A stretch of DNA of 64,000 nt, taken from Schmidtea polychroa. Its lineage: Eukaryota. Position numbers and translations under genes: made by a program. Numbering within the stretch: the first letter of the stretch is position 1; every line of letters starts with the position of its first letter. The notes under the pieces were generated by a model. It made no database searches and was not told where the DNA came from. It saw nothing but the letters and a program-made list of their open reading frames with translations. The stretch covers positions 28,026,001-28,090,000 of the forward strand of contig CM097885.1 in the NCBI GenBank assembly GCA_044892525.1, written 5' to 3'. Below, piece by piece: positions 1 through 12,991 of this stretch.

Positions 1-27
1 ATTACACACCCTAAAGGACCAACAATT

Positions 28-300
28 GCATTTTCGAGTGTACCAATATTGGCGTTTCCAAATAAGGTCGATTACTTTATTTTGGATACTGAGGCGTATT
101 TTATTGAAATTGATGCTGTTGTAAGTCAAGTTCAAAATTTTTAAATGCTCACGAGAAAGGATACTGTTTGACTAGAAATGAACTATTAGCAATATACGAG
201 TACTTCTTATATTTTCGCATTATTTAAATGGAAAAAGTTTGATATACGTACGGATCAAAAGGTTTTTAAAGTTCTTAAAATCAACTTCGAAATCAATAGG
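28..300 (+). mobile_element. Degenerate Ty3/gypsy RNase H fragment
   Basis: Manual translation AFSSVPILAFPNKVDYFILDTEAYFIEIDAVVSQVQ...EKGYCLTRNELLAI...YLNGKKFDIRTDQK matches gypsy RNase H motifs; deletions and frameshifts present. Confidence 0.65.
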
Positions 301-799
301 TCAAGAATTTAAGACATGGTTGAGTGAGTTGTTAGGTTGGTTTTGATTTTAAATGTAGGAAGGGTGAAAATCATAACAACATTGTTAAGTTATTGTTCAC
401 AATGTCAACCTATATTTATAGGATCATTTGTTACATTCTAGCAAATCATCAATTGAGAATCTCTGCTTTGGATGCTAAATCACGTGTCTTCCTATTACAA
501 ATTAACCTTATTATTACCAGGTTGATATATAGCATATACTGTCGGAATTGAACTCTGCCTCTAAACGGGACCAACTGTTCATCGATTGTTAAATTTTCAA
601 ATTATTATTAGATTTTTTTGCAAAGAATTTATAAATGATAGAATACATTGCTATCATTTGGAAACATCAATGTATTTGTGTATAATATCTAGTAATTAAA
701 ACAAAATGTGATTCAAAGTCACAACCTAGTGTTAATAGGGTTAAGCAGAAACCACTTAAAATCATGTCCACTATATTGTACAAAGACTAAATTTTGGTT

Positions 800-1530
800 T
801 CAATTAAATGAAAACTCTTATTGAAACTGGGTCGGAAAATAACATGTAAATATACCCTTAAGTCAAGTTAAAATAAATCATAAAAACACCAATTAAACCC
901 ATTAATTCTGGTCGGTAGCGGTAACATCAGATATGAATAAAATTGTGTGGCAGAGTGGAGTAAACCAATAACACTCAGATACTCGCACAAACCCCTTATT
1001 GATCATCGAATTTGGGAATGCGTCGGCCATTGAATGCATTATCAAAAATACTGTTCTGTAAAATAAAATTCCTCAATTAAGTGAATTACTTAATAATATA
1101 ATTCGATGGTTTTGGTAAGGTGATCCAACTTACCAAATAAATTCAAAGTTTACTTCTATTAACTTAAAAATTGAAATAAAAATTTCTAACTCGCAGAATC
1201 AAAATACAATTCATCGTCAAGGATTTTTTCCAAAAATGACAATTACATTGTACACGGATGATTTTGTCCTAGTTATAAAAACTCTTTAGTCAATGTTGAC
1301 CTAGAAATTCTAAACAGAAAGTTATTCAAATATAGCGATGCCATAGCTTCTCGTTCGAGAGTTTCTGCTGCTTTAAAACAGGATGGCAAACTTGTTTTAA
1401 CTTGCGATCGACTTTGGCATTATAAAATAAATGATTTACAGAAAGAACTTAAAAATGTTTTTATTAAATACATTTTTTTGACAAATTAAGAAATGGCATA
1501 ACTTTCAAATACTTTGAGTTCGCCAAAAAT
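800..1530 (+). mobile_element. Highly decayed gypsy protease/RT remnant
   Basis: LIETGSE (degenerate DTGS protease motif) near 817; KQDGKL and FDKLRNG RT-like motifs at about 1375-1500; heavily disrupted. Confidence 0.35.
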
Positions 1531-1699
1531 TGCTGGGTGATCGACTTGTTGGCCATCCCTACTTACAGAATTACTTTATATTTAATGGCCAATATAATCT
1601 CACACTCACACATTCATTCATAAGCAAAGTTTATTTCATATTTATGTTATAAAAATTAAAAAATATTTTTATACAGGATTTGTTTTTGTCTAAATTCTC

Positions 1700-2290
1700 A
1701 ATCCAGCTTTGAAAATGAGGTCTGTCATAGGTCCCAGTACATTTTTTGTTGGCCATTAATTGCAGCAAAAGAGCATAATGTTTAGGTCATTTGAAAGAGT
1801 CAAATTTCAATTGCATTGTAAATATTTTCAAGAATAAATATTTATATACGAGAATTTCCTAACAATTCAAGGGGAACACTCGTAAATTCTCCACGCTTGG
1901 TATACTATTTAATAAAAAAAGACGTTCCTTGAATCACTGAAGCCACTGGTGTCTATGCTTCAGAGACGATATATCCAAATTCACGCGCCTTCTTTTTTGT
2001 TAATTGTGACACCTCTTTCTCTCATGTTTCTAAACCACAGACTTAAAATATCATCAAGAGATTGAAATGCTACACGTCGTTTCGTGGTAGTGGCCTGTAC
2101 GACTCTGATTTCCAATAATTTCTCCTTATGCTTAAGAATTTCAGAGATCTTACTCAGTTCTAATTCAATGCCATATTCTTTTATAAGGTATTAGCAACTT
2201 GTTTGTGTGAGGTAGATTTAGTGATAGATACAAATTTTTTTCTTCAAGCTTTATTGGTAGGTTGATAAGTTATGATATGGGAATATGTAT
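1700..2290 (-). mobile_element. Decayed Tigger/pogo (CENP-B HTH) transposase fragment
   Basis: Minus-strand DDILSLWFRNMRERGVTIN...KKAREF resembles the CENP-B-type HTH of Tigger transposases; many stops and frameshifts. Confidence 0.45.
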
Positions 2291-2399
2291 TTATTACTGT
2301 AATATGGTCTCGCTTTCAGGACACTCTTCAAAGTGTGAATAGACCAATTGAAACGCCTTCAGAGCTTTAGAAAGAACTTTTTAATTTTTATGAAAATGA

Positions 2400-3397
2400 A
2401 AAGCTTGATAGATTTTGTAAATTCCTTAAAAAAGAATAGATGTGGATGTGTTTTAGGAATCGTGTCAAATCACTGCGATAAATGACTCAACATGTACAAA
2501 TTTATTGATTCTCAATACAATTTACCAAATTGTCGCAATATTTACACTCTTCTTTCAAAAACAAGTTATGGTACCAGTAGGCACTCGACTCTTCCGATAC
2601 GTGGGTATCCACAAATAAAAAGTGGATGTCCAACATAGAGTACTTAAGTGAGATATTCAGACATCTCAATAGTCTGAATAGCAATATGCAAGGCAGGAAT
2701 GAAAATATTCTTACGGTAAGAGATAGATTAGTTACTTTTAAGAAAAAATTGCAATATGGAAGAAAAGAATAATGGTAAACAATTTGGATATGTCTCCATA
2801 GATTCGTTGAACCTGCGTTACCGAGATGATTCTCATTATTAGTGAACATTTGACAATTTTGGAAAATAAAATTGAAGAATTTGATTGGATTTGCAATTCT
2901 TTCCTAGATTTATCGGCCATTAATCTTTCCAACTTTCAGTTATGTGAAGAGGAAAAACTAACGAGTCTTTCCAGTGATCGCGGACTCAATTTGAAGTGCG
3001 TACAACTGCCATTAGACGCTTTTTGGAGTATCCGACTCTTAGTAAAAAAATCCATCAACTTCGTACCTGTGAGAACTGGGATTTTCTTATCTAAACAACA
3101 TTAAAAATAAAAAACGTGAACGGCTTAAAAACTTTGAAGAAGAGTTAAGAGTATGTCTTTGTCACATTCGGCCACAAATTGCAGCAGTAATAAAGAAGTC
3201 TAAGGCACAACGGTCACACTAACATTCACCATTATTATTTATGTAAATAAAAAGTATCCTTATATGACCTTCTTTGTTTTATATTATTTCATTGCAAAGT
3301 CTATGAGTAGAAAATTTTTCTTTTTTGTGATAGGTGTGCCATGAAAATTTAAAGAGCTCAATAGTGTGCGGCGATGTAAAAAGGTTGGGAACTACTG
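2400..3397 (+). mobile_element. hAT (Buster/ZBED8-like) 3' remnant with right TIR
   Basis: C-terminus STSYL..LGFSYLNNIKNKKRERLKNFEEELRVCLCHIRPQI...AQRSH*, followed by the terminus ...AAGGTTGGGAACTACTG at 3397. Confidence 0.75.
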
Positions 3398-3470
3398 AAG
3401 TAAGCTAACCTTATTTTTACATTTAAAATATTGCTATTTATAGTAATTGTAAAATTATTATTTTTATTTA

Positions 3471-3723
3471 AGTAGGGCAACATATGAACCCTGGAACAAC
3501 GACATATGACGTCATCGATGACATAACAAATGCATATAGGACATTTTTTAGGTCTGCTTACGGTCATAGCAGATTTTAAGGTCATTGTAAGGTCAATGCC
3601 GATTTTAGAACAGTTTAGGGTCAAATGTTAAACAAAGACTGAGAGGGGGGCGGGGTATATGGGGTATATTAATCATCGATGACATCATATGTCTTTGTTC
3701 CCGGGTCCACATGTTACTCTACT
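3471..3723. mobile_element. 253-bp non-autonomous Polinton/Maverick-derived mini-element
   Basis: Imperfect ~50-bp TIRs starting AGTAG and ending CTACT; perfect 6-bp TSD TATTTA (3465-3470, 3724-3729); TIR closely matches the terminus at 29836 of the ATPase-bearing element. Confidence 0.85.
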
Positions 3724-4820
3724 TATTTACTAAACTATGTTATTTTCCGCCAATCTCTGTTGGCCCAACGCTAACATTAGTAAGGTCTTTTGTAACTAAT
3801 CGATTCCAACTACTAATTTAGATAATTGTATTCATTAAAATTTGGCAATCGTCATAATAAATGTAATGTTCTCTTATGGTCTTGCGCGCGAGCCACAACT
3901 CCTGGTACACGCCTGATTGTTAACTATCAATTATTTTGTTCACCTTTGATTTGTCTACTTAACATTTCATTTACCGTAATTTTTTTAATAAACGCCAAAA
4001 ATAAAATAACTTTTTTTTTAAATGGTATATTTTGTGGTACTTGCTGATTTGTGTGAGCTGAAATTATTCCAAACCAAAAGCCTAGTTCCGAAAGAAATAA
4101 CACTGAAAAAGATACAACAAAGAGCTACAATATCCATAGTGACTTGGAATTATTTTTAAATATTGATTAAATATGAAAAATCAATCAATATACAATGAAA
4201 ATATTTTCAAAGTCCATATTTTCGAAGATTATCGATTAATTTCATTTTTTCTTAGATTCAATGGAAAAACTTTTCCAGGTTTTGATTGTATATTCGTATA
4301 GAACATAAAAATAGGCATATTTCAAGTGTGGGTAACCAAGTAGCATTCAGACTCCATCACATAGTTACTAACATTTATTTTTAAAATAATCTTAAATATT
4401 GCCAAGCAGTTTAAAAAATTGTCATGGCAACTGGAAATCGATATATTGATTTTTAAAGAAAATTATAAATTTGAAACGAGGGAATTTTTTGGAGCACGAT
4501 AACTCATACTAGTTCAGTGGTGACATTTCCACTTATTTATTTTCCCATTCCTTGAAAATTTTGTAAAAAAAACCAAATGTCTTCAATGCTTAACAATACT
4601 TAATCTATTACACGAGAAAGTTTGATTCAAATTGGCATTTTATATATTAGGGATTTATATTGATTTGAAAATATATAAATTGTTCTTTATTAAATATGTA
4701 AATAATATCCAATTTCAAAAACTAAATTAATAGCGAAACTAAGCAATAATATGAAAAACTAAATAAAAAGAAACTCATAAATGACTATAAAAATATAATT
4801 TTCAAGTAAATTAATGTACC

Positions 4821-5111
4821 TTATGTAGTACTCATATTCAAAGATTTAATGTCTACAACTTTTTTACCACACATAGAGCAAATTCCTTTCTTAAAAGCAC
4901 AACCATTGCAATAATATGCACCTTCTAAATGGACGCTGCATTTACATAGCTTACAAGTTCTTCCATATGGTGTATTTCTTGATCTTGATTTTGATGTTAG
5001 CAATTTATTTTCATTTAATTTTGATACAACACTTTGTCTTTCAATTTCAGTTCGTTTAGCATTTGGAGTAACAACCTTTTTCAATTTAGATTGGCATTTA
5101 TCGCATACCAT
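4821..5111 (-). CDS. CRIPT: Cysteine-rich PDZ-binding protein
   Basis: MVCDKC...KLNENKLL...CKLCK...YCNGCAFKKGICSMCGKK matches the CRIPT signature over the full 96 aa; intronless. Confidence 0.95.
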   Translation of the reverse strand: MVCDKCQSKLKKVVTPNAKRTEIERQSVVSKLNENKLLTSKSRSRNTPYGRTCKLCKCSVHLEGAYYCNGCAFKKGICSMCGKKVVDIKSLNMSTT

Positions 5112-5947
5112 GTTATAATAATTTAATATTTTAAATATGTTTTAAATAATGATATTAATATTTAAACAATCTAATTAACTATAATTATTATTTCATAATG
5201 AAATTAAATATTTTCCTTATTAAAAATAAAAAAAATAATTTCATATGTTAGAAGTCCTTAGTGTTTTTTTAATATATTTTTACTACTTATTTTATTTTTA
5301 ATTATGTAAATATTATTATTTAAATCTTAGTTAAAGTTGATTTAAATCTTAATCATCATTTTCATTATCAAAATGATTAAATGTAGGATAAATTTCAGTT
5401 TCTAAATCACAGTATTTTTCCTTGAAAAATTATAGTAAATATCAAAATAATTTAAATATTAATAACTAATAATTCATTCCTTTTAAAAGTGATTCTGGCA
5501 ACAAAATTGAAAATAAATAGCAGTATTGATAATATATAATTAAACCTCAAAATGTTGGAACTTATTTTAGACAAAATTGTTAATTATTTGAAGTGGTGGG
5601 CTGAATCGTGTGAATAATGAACAAAGAGAGTTGAATAAAAAATGAATTAAAATGATTAAATGTAAATTTAGAATAATTATAAATAATAGGCCAAGATGAA
5701 GCTACACAATATAAAAATCGTATAAAGTTATTTAAATTTAATAAAAAATACCAATTAAAAACAAACTAAACATGACAAAAAGTTAAATAAATAGTGAAAC
5801 ATAGATAATAAATTGATCCGCGCAAAAAGTTGCACAAAAACATTTTTTAAAACAGAAAAAACAAAAATATCGGCCAAAAATGACACAAATTAGCAAAAAT
5901 TACCAGATTATTTAGGGGTAAGATTGAAATATAAGGCGAATGCTCAA

Positions 5948-6991
5948 TCAATCTGGAATATATAATAAATAAGACATTAAAAGTAGAAAACCAAAAAATA
6001 AAGCAAAAAACAACATGGACCAATCAAAACGATTAGAATTTAAATCAAAAATATAGAAATTAAATTGATTGAAACGTGAAGGCGTCTCTGTCTGCTTTTT
6101 GTCTATGTCGGCCTCTTTTCCAGATCCCGTTATAACATCTTTTTGATAATCATTAACATCTAATAAATTATAGTAAAAGGTAAACATTATCTTTTCAAAA
6201 TGTTCTATCCATAGAAAGCATTCTTTTCAACATTGAAAAGCTTCTTTCCACCAGGATGGAAGTAAGTGGACATTTTATTATTGCTAGATACAGAGAAGAT
6301 GATATTTCTCTGTTTTACATTTCCATCAATTCGTTGATTCCATTCTTTAATAGTCGATTTAAAATATATAATATTATAAATTTAACGAACCGGTAACAAA
6401 AGCAATATTACGTAGTGCAAAATTTCTGGTTTTAATCGTGTAAATTACAGATTCAAAGTAATCTAAGTCGTCAATAAGGAGGCTATAATATTTTGATATT
6501 GACCAATTCGTTATATAATCTTTCTGATTAAATTACCTTTTTCGAATTTCAATTAAAATTCGATGATCTTCAAATTCTTCCAAAATAATTTTCTTTATTT
6601 CGCTTAAATTATCGGAGTAGTATAATACTGCACAAATCAAACTTCTCGACTGTGCTATATTTACGTCTAGTGGTTTACCAATTCGGTTGAACAGATTGAT
6701 TCTGGATATATTTTTAATAGTGGGCATATTACCAGCCAATATAAATTTATTTTACCCATTAAAATACCCACAATCACGACTGTACTTCGGTTTTCTGCAA
6801 CTCTAAAACTCAACATAACCTGAAATCCTAAGACTATCTACTACTTGCCAAACTCCATGAGAACTTCCCAAGAGAAGTAAAAATATCGAGTGACAGTGAT
6901 TACATCGTAGTTTTCTTTCATCATAAACCAAACAACACATTCTCAACTTTTCCACACACGAGCTAGAAAACATCCTGTTTCTAAAAGACAA
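5948..6991 (-). pseudogene. Unidentified disrupted coding-like region ending in a hydrophobic helix
   Basis: Three co-oriented ORFs (6803-6991, 6533-6739, 5948-6187); the last ends WSMLFFALFFGFLLLMSYLLY. No family recognised. Confidence 0.25.
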
Positions 6992-7303
6992 GCAGTAGAA
7001 AAAGAGTTCAAAGAGTTAGATGCCGCTGTGCCTTTGACATACACGTAGTTACCAAAAGTGACAGTTCATTAGGCAAATGTGAAGATTACCGATTTTTAAA
7101 TTCCATCACTATCCACGACTGTTACAACGCCATTTAATACCAACATCATCAGTCAGAGTCAAAACCGACTGTAAAATTAATAACCCAAAAAATAAGGAAA
7201 AGTATTCAGTAAATAAAATATCAGGAAATAATTATTACATAATCAGTCAGAAAATTTGATATTTAAGCGTAAGTTCATCAGAAGATTTATAAAACAATTT
7301 CTA

Positions 7304-8053
7304 ATGGTCAGATATTCAGGTACTTCATTTCTAAGAACGAATTCAATTCTGAAATTCGATCTGAAACCCATCGAAATCTCGGATGAAATAATTGAGGATT
7401 TATTCGTTAGATTTCTATCCGATGTCAAGTCTTGTAAAACCAGCATGTCAGCGATTTTCTGGAGATTAGAGAAGATGTATTGGTATTATGTCGATTCAAA
7501 CAAATTGAAAGAAAAACAATCATCGCAACATTTTAAGAGATTTGTCATTGGCATTCGATACTATTTACAGGAAATTCTCCCACTCAACATTGACATTGTC
7601 AATGAATATAACAAATGGAATTATAATCGCAGATTTATACCTCGAGCTAAAGCAATTATTGTTGACGAAAATATGGAAAACGTTTTGCTTACGAAATGTC
7701 ACTATAATGACTATTATATTTTCCCCGGTGGGAAAGTAGAAGAAACCGATACGCATTTATTGGACACAGTAATCCGAGAAATCTACGAAGAAGTTGGAAT
7801 AGACCTTTCTAATGTTGTAGATGAAGATTTATATTTTGATCATGTTCAATACAGTTTACTCAGTAGATACTATGTGATTCGCAATTTCAGAAAAGACACA
7901 TTTTTACAGCCATTAGTGGACAATGAGATTCAAGTGATAAAATGGTTCCCAATAAAGGATATTCCCGATAATATGGAGCAATATAACATTTCATTAGAAA
8001 ATATCAAACTTGTTGTTAATCCTCTGAAATATATGTCAAAATATTTGAATTAA
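7304..8053 (+). CDS. Dcp2-like mRNA decapping Nudix hydrolase (short, intronless)
   Basis: Box A-like IIEDLFVRFL...IFWRLEKMYWYYVD, Nudix box FPGGKVEETDTHLLDTVIREIYEEVGID and NEIQVIKWF; first ATG at 7304 gives 249 aa. Confidence 0.85.
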   Translation: MVRYSGTSFLRTNSILKFDLKPIEISDEIIEDLFVRFLSDVKSCKTSMSAIFWRLEKMYWYYVDSNKLKEKQSSQHFKRFVIGIRYYLQEILPLNIDIVNEYNKWNYNRRFIPRAKAIIVDENMENVLLTKCHYNDYYIFPGGKVEETDTHLLDTVIREIYEEVGIDLSNVVDEDLYFDHVQYSLLSRYYVIRNFRKDTFLQPLVDNEIQVIKWFPIKDIPDNMEQYNISLENIKLVVNPLKYMSKYLN

Positions 8054-8639
8054 ATATTTCTATATGGAATTTATGCCAACCAATGAGATGAGTTGACGGA
8101 CGGTCCACGGATGAGTAACCAATTGAAACATTTATTTATATATTAGATTTGATATATTTCATTTGTTACTCAAAATAAACAATTAATATTCAGGATTATT
8201 ATTATTATTTTCTACTTTTCTAAATATTTATTATTGAAACAGGAGAGAAAGATAAGTAATTATAATTAGTTATTTATATTAACATTTTATATAAATATTT
8301 AAAATATATAAATTTATAAAATTATTGCTTATTTTTAAATGGGACATAGATAATCAGGGATGTCGCGAGGTGCCCCCGTTTTGATAGAAAGTATTTTAAT
8401 GTAAGATGTTAAATGTATGAAAAAATATAATGAAAATGAAGAAACAGACAGGTTAATTGTGTTAAAGTTGCACTATATATTGTGTAGCTTCGTCTATCCA
8501 GTGTATTTACTGTATAAAATAGTTTTAGGGCACACTGTATTATAATCAATTGAGTTGCTCTCTTGGCGATGTACCGTGTTTCTTACTTACTTGAAACATG
8601 AAGTAACAAAGTGCGTGGATGCAAGGAAAATCCACAACA

Positions 8640-8830
8640 AGTAGTATGGAGTAATGGGATGGGTAAGGAGTAGTAGGGAGGGTAAGGAGTATTACGAAAG
8701 GTAAGGAGTAGTAGGATGGGTAAGGAGAAATTGGAGGGGTAAGGAGTAGTAGGAGTAAGATGTAGTAGTAATATGAAGGTTAAGGCGTACTACGAAGGGT
8801 AAGGAGTAGTATGAAGGAGTAGTATGAAAT
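8640..8830. repeat. Degenerate ~19-bp purine-rich minisatellite
   Basis: Repeated GGGTAAGGAGTA core visible directly. Confidence 0.7.
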
Positions 8831-9346
8831 GTTAAAAAGTATAATATACTGAAGTATCAGATACTTATGCCTTATTAAGTCAAATGCAACTAAACGGGCA
8901 CAACATATCCCTACAAATACACATGCTTATACAATACAAACAATCAGGAAATAAAATAAAACGAAAGACTCCAGATATAGACATCCGGTTATGTGGTATC
9001 TGAGGAAGAAACCCATTTAAATCTGACTGTTGGTAGGGCAGACTGGGTATATTGGTAAGAAATTCTGTTTGCTAGACGGGTATGTTGATTGTTAAGATAT
9101 TTACAGATAGTTGAAGTTGAGTTGTTTCCATATGTGATGCTGCTATGTGATCCGTTGCATCTAGAAATTAAAGGAGAGGCACGCTTGGTGCTTTGAACAT
9201 TGTAATTTATGAGATTATAGGATTATACGTATTTATAGTTAATAAGTAAGTAGGGTAATATATAATAAAGTATAATAACATTAGGGATATTATGAGTACT
9301 CGTACCATAGGTGCTAGTATAATAAGGTAATAAAAATAATGATAAT

Positions 9347-9613
<267 letters not shown>

Positions 9614-9639
9614 TGATTTGAGCAAACATAAATACCCAG

Positions 9640-10380
9640 AAAAGGAACTACAGGAATTTCTTTATTAACAACTTTTAAAACATAATACAACACAACTGCT
9701 AACCTTTCAAGAACATCACTACTTACATTTATCACCTGAGATAAATCAGGTTTCATATAAACGTGCCTTCCTTTATTTCTTAATCCTTCTTTCATTAAAT
9801 CCAATGCGTATCTTTCAGATTCATGAGCAGTTCTTTGTACTTCAATAGGGACAAACATAGCTCCATTACTTCTATTTTTGTCCAATAGTTCATAATTCAT
9901 ATCACATAAATAATCTTCATTTTGTTTTCCAATCGAAATATTACTTTGATCTTTACTTTGTAAATTTGTAGACTTATCTTTCATTGTGATATTAGGTAGT
10001 GGGATGTTCATTGAATACTTGCATAATGGCTCTGATTCTTTAAGATTTTCTAAATCTTGGATAATACTAGAAAATGTACAAAAGTTTTTCATTTAGAAAT
10101 TGTCAGATTTGGGAAAATCAAATGAACGAAATTTGTTATTGAACATATTTTGAATTTCTACTTTATATTTGTAAGAATATACATCATCATCATGTATCAA
10201 TTCATTTCCTTCAATGGAATAAATGAATAAAGTTTTTGTCAGATCATCACAATGAAAATCCACAAATGAATTTGTGAAATGAATGTCTCTACTGTCGGTA
10301 TATCCCAAAAGAATACCAATGACACGAGAATTTACGTCAGACCTTCTTTCAAATGCATCAGTTATTGAAAATAGAGCCAT
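9640..10380 (-). pseudogene. Chimeric, intronless eIF3 subunit F-like pseudogene
   Basis: LFSITDAFERRSDVNSRVIGILLG...FTNSF and GAMFVPIEV...ERYALDLM...DLSQV match eIF3f; the middle is replaced by unrelated sequence with a stop at 10093-10095; C-terminus lost into (TAA)n. Confidence 0.7.
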
Positions 10381-10437
10381 TTCATTCGAAAAATTCTCTT
10401 TTTGAAAACAAAATCTCTAAAATCCATTTTTTACAAA

Positions 10438-10831
<394 letters not shown>

Positions 10832-10869
10832 GTAAAAATAATAAAAGTGATAATAAAAATAATACTTTA

Positions 10870-11674
10870 GGAAGAAAACATGCAAATTGATGTCACCCAG
10901 GAGCTTATCAGAGCCACACGGTGCTTGCTACGCAGCTGTCGCAAAAGCGGCACTTTCTTCTCATCAGCAGACGAGGCAGAAAAAAATATGCGAACAACTG
11001 GATATACAAGCAGAGATCCCAGCTGATAGGGGCCGACGTGTGCAACGCCATTTTTAATATGAAGGTGGAGGCGACCCAATCGTCGATGCTTTGCACAAAC
11101 TGAAAGTACACTTCTTCTTTCATGCAATCAACGTCGCTCTTATATCTCTTGGTGAACGGTTTTAAATGTTGAGCATGTACAGTGACATCTTCGCATTTCT
11201 TTACAACATTCTTTCGCTGAAACACTGCAAAAATCAAAAGCTACTGGAACAGTTGTGTCCACTGCACTAACCGCACATGTTGAACTTGAAAGCAAAGTTC
11301 AAGTTGTCATGATGGACATCGAGACGACGGAGCTGACGGAAGAGCTTCGAACACTTTCGCATTTACTGTCACCCGAATGCAGGAGAGTCTTTGATGTGAT
11401 GGATTATATTCTGAAATCTGGCCTCGCAGAGATTTTCCCGAATGTAGTGGTCGCTTAGCGAATAATTCTTTCAGTGCTTGTGAGCGTCGCAAGCGGAGAG
11501 CGCAGTTTCTCTAAATTGAAGCTCATCAAGTCATATCTTTGCTCAACTGCAGCCCAGGACAGGCTTTGCGAATTAGCAATGATATCAATTAAAGATGAAC
11601 TAAGTTCTGAGCTTGATTATTCTCAATTGATCGACGATTTCGTAAGACGCAAAGTGCACCGGGTTCCTCTTTAA
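10870..11674 (+). mobile_element. hAT transposase C-terminal fragment (ZMYM1-like)
   Basis: IFPNV...VSVASGERSFSKLKLIKSYLCSTAAQDRLCELAMISI is the hAT dimerisation domain; frameshifted. Confidence 0.8.
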
Positions 11675-12222
11675 TTAAAAAAAATGAGGTTGATTAAGTG
11701 GTATTATACTACTATATAAAACAAGTCGAAATTAGAAACCACCGGCATTTGCCACAGGAATGGACAAGTAAATTGAGAATAGAATTTGAGAAAATATGTT
11801 AAATATTTTGTAAGTAGGTCAAACGAAAAATTAAAAGAAGTCAATAGATCAATTAAGGTCGAATCAGGATCAGATAATTGAAGGTGATTATTGTATTAAA
11901 GTGCAAGGAATCCAACAGCAACAATGGGAGTCGTTGGGTAGTCATAATGTATATTATTTCTTGTTGTAACAATTCGGGTGTGTAACGTGTGATAAATTAC
12001 TGTAATTATGAATATACCATTTGGACTTTTGTGTCTTATTTTAGCAATAGTCAGAACCACCGGCTAGTACTATTTATTCAATTAAAACCAAACAGATAAG
12101 TAAATTTAATCATTTGTAAAAAGTTAAAGTGTATAAAAATTTAGGATAAAACTTTATTTAACAATTTGTGCTTGACGTTTTTGCTTTTTCAGGTCTTCCG
12201 CTTTTGTATTATACAGTTATCA

Positions 12223-12315
<93 letters not shown>

Positions 12316-12324
12316 CATTATTAT

Positions 12325-12742
12325 TAGGGAACAACCGGAAATCGCTTCGGACATTCGCTCCGGCCGGATATCGGGTTTTTGGAACTATTCGCCTCAGCAA
12401 ATAATACACACGCAAATACCTAAAAATTGAAATTTTATTTTCCTATTTAATTAAGTATTTCTGAATGGAAGTTGCACTAGTATTCTTGTTCACATCTTCA
12501 TTACATAATTAATTATAAAATATAAAATATAACTAAAGAGGGACAGAAAAATAGAACATAAAAATTTAATTATATGAACTGAAGTGAACTTGAAGTGTGT
12601 AAGTATTTAGTAATATTTATTTGAGTTTTTTTTATTATATGTAAAAAAATTGGTATTTGGTACGTATCCGGATCTGGCAAATAGTACATCCAATTACTCG
12701 GATTTAATACCCGGTGGAAAATGTCTACCCGGTTGGTCCCTA
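12325..12742. mobile_element. hAT-type MITE
   Basis: TIRs TAGGGAACAACCGG / CCGGTTGGTCCCTA; flanks ATTATTAT / ATTATTAA (7/8 match to an 8-bp TSD); inserted at the end of a (TTA)n run. Confidence 0.6.
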
Positions 12743-12991
12743 ATTATTAATATTACACCCGTTTGCACTGAATAAACGCATATATAATGTAAAAATAAAA
12801 TCAATACGTGTATATTATATAAACATACAAACTTACCTGTGTGTTGATTTTTAGCGTTGCAATGAATAAACGCATTTAATAATGAAAGTAAGAAAGTGTT
12901 AGAAAAAATAAACTGACACAAAAACACAACACATATTAAAAAATACATGCAAATTTTCGATATGTAGAATTGTTGTAATGAATAAACGCAC

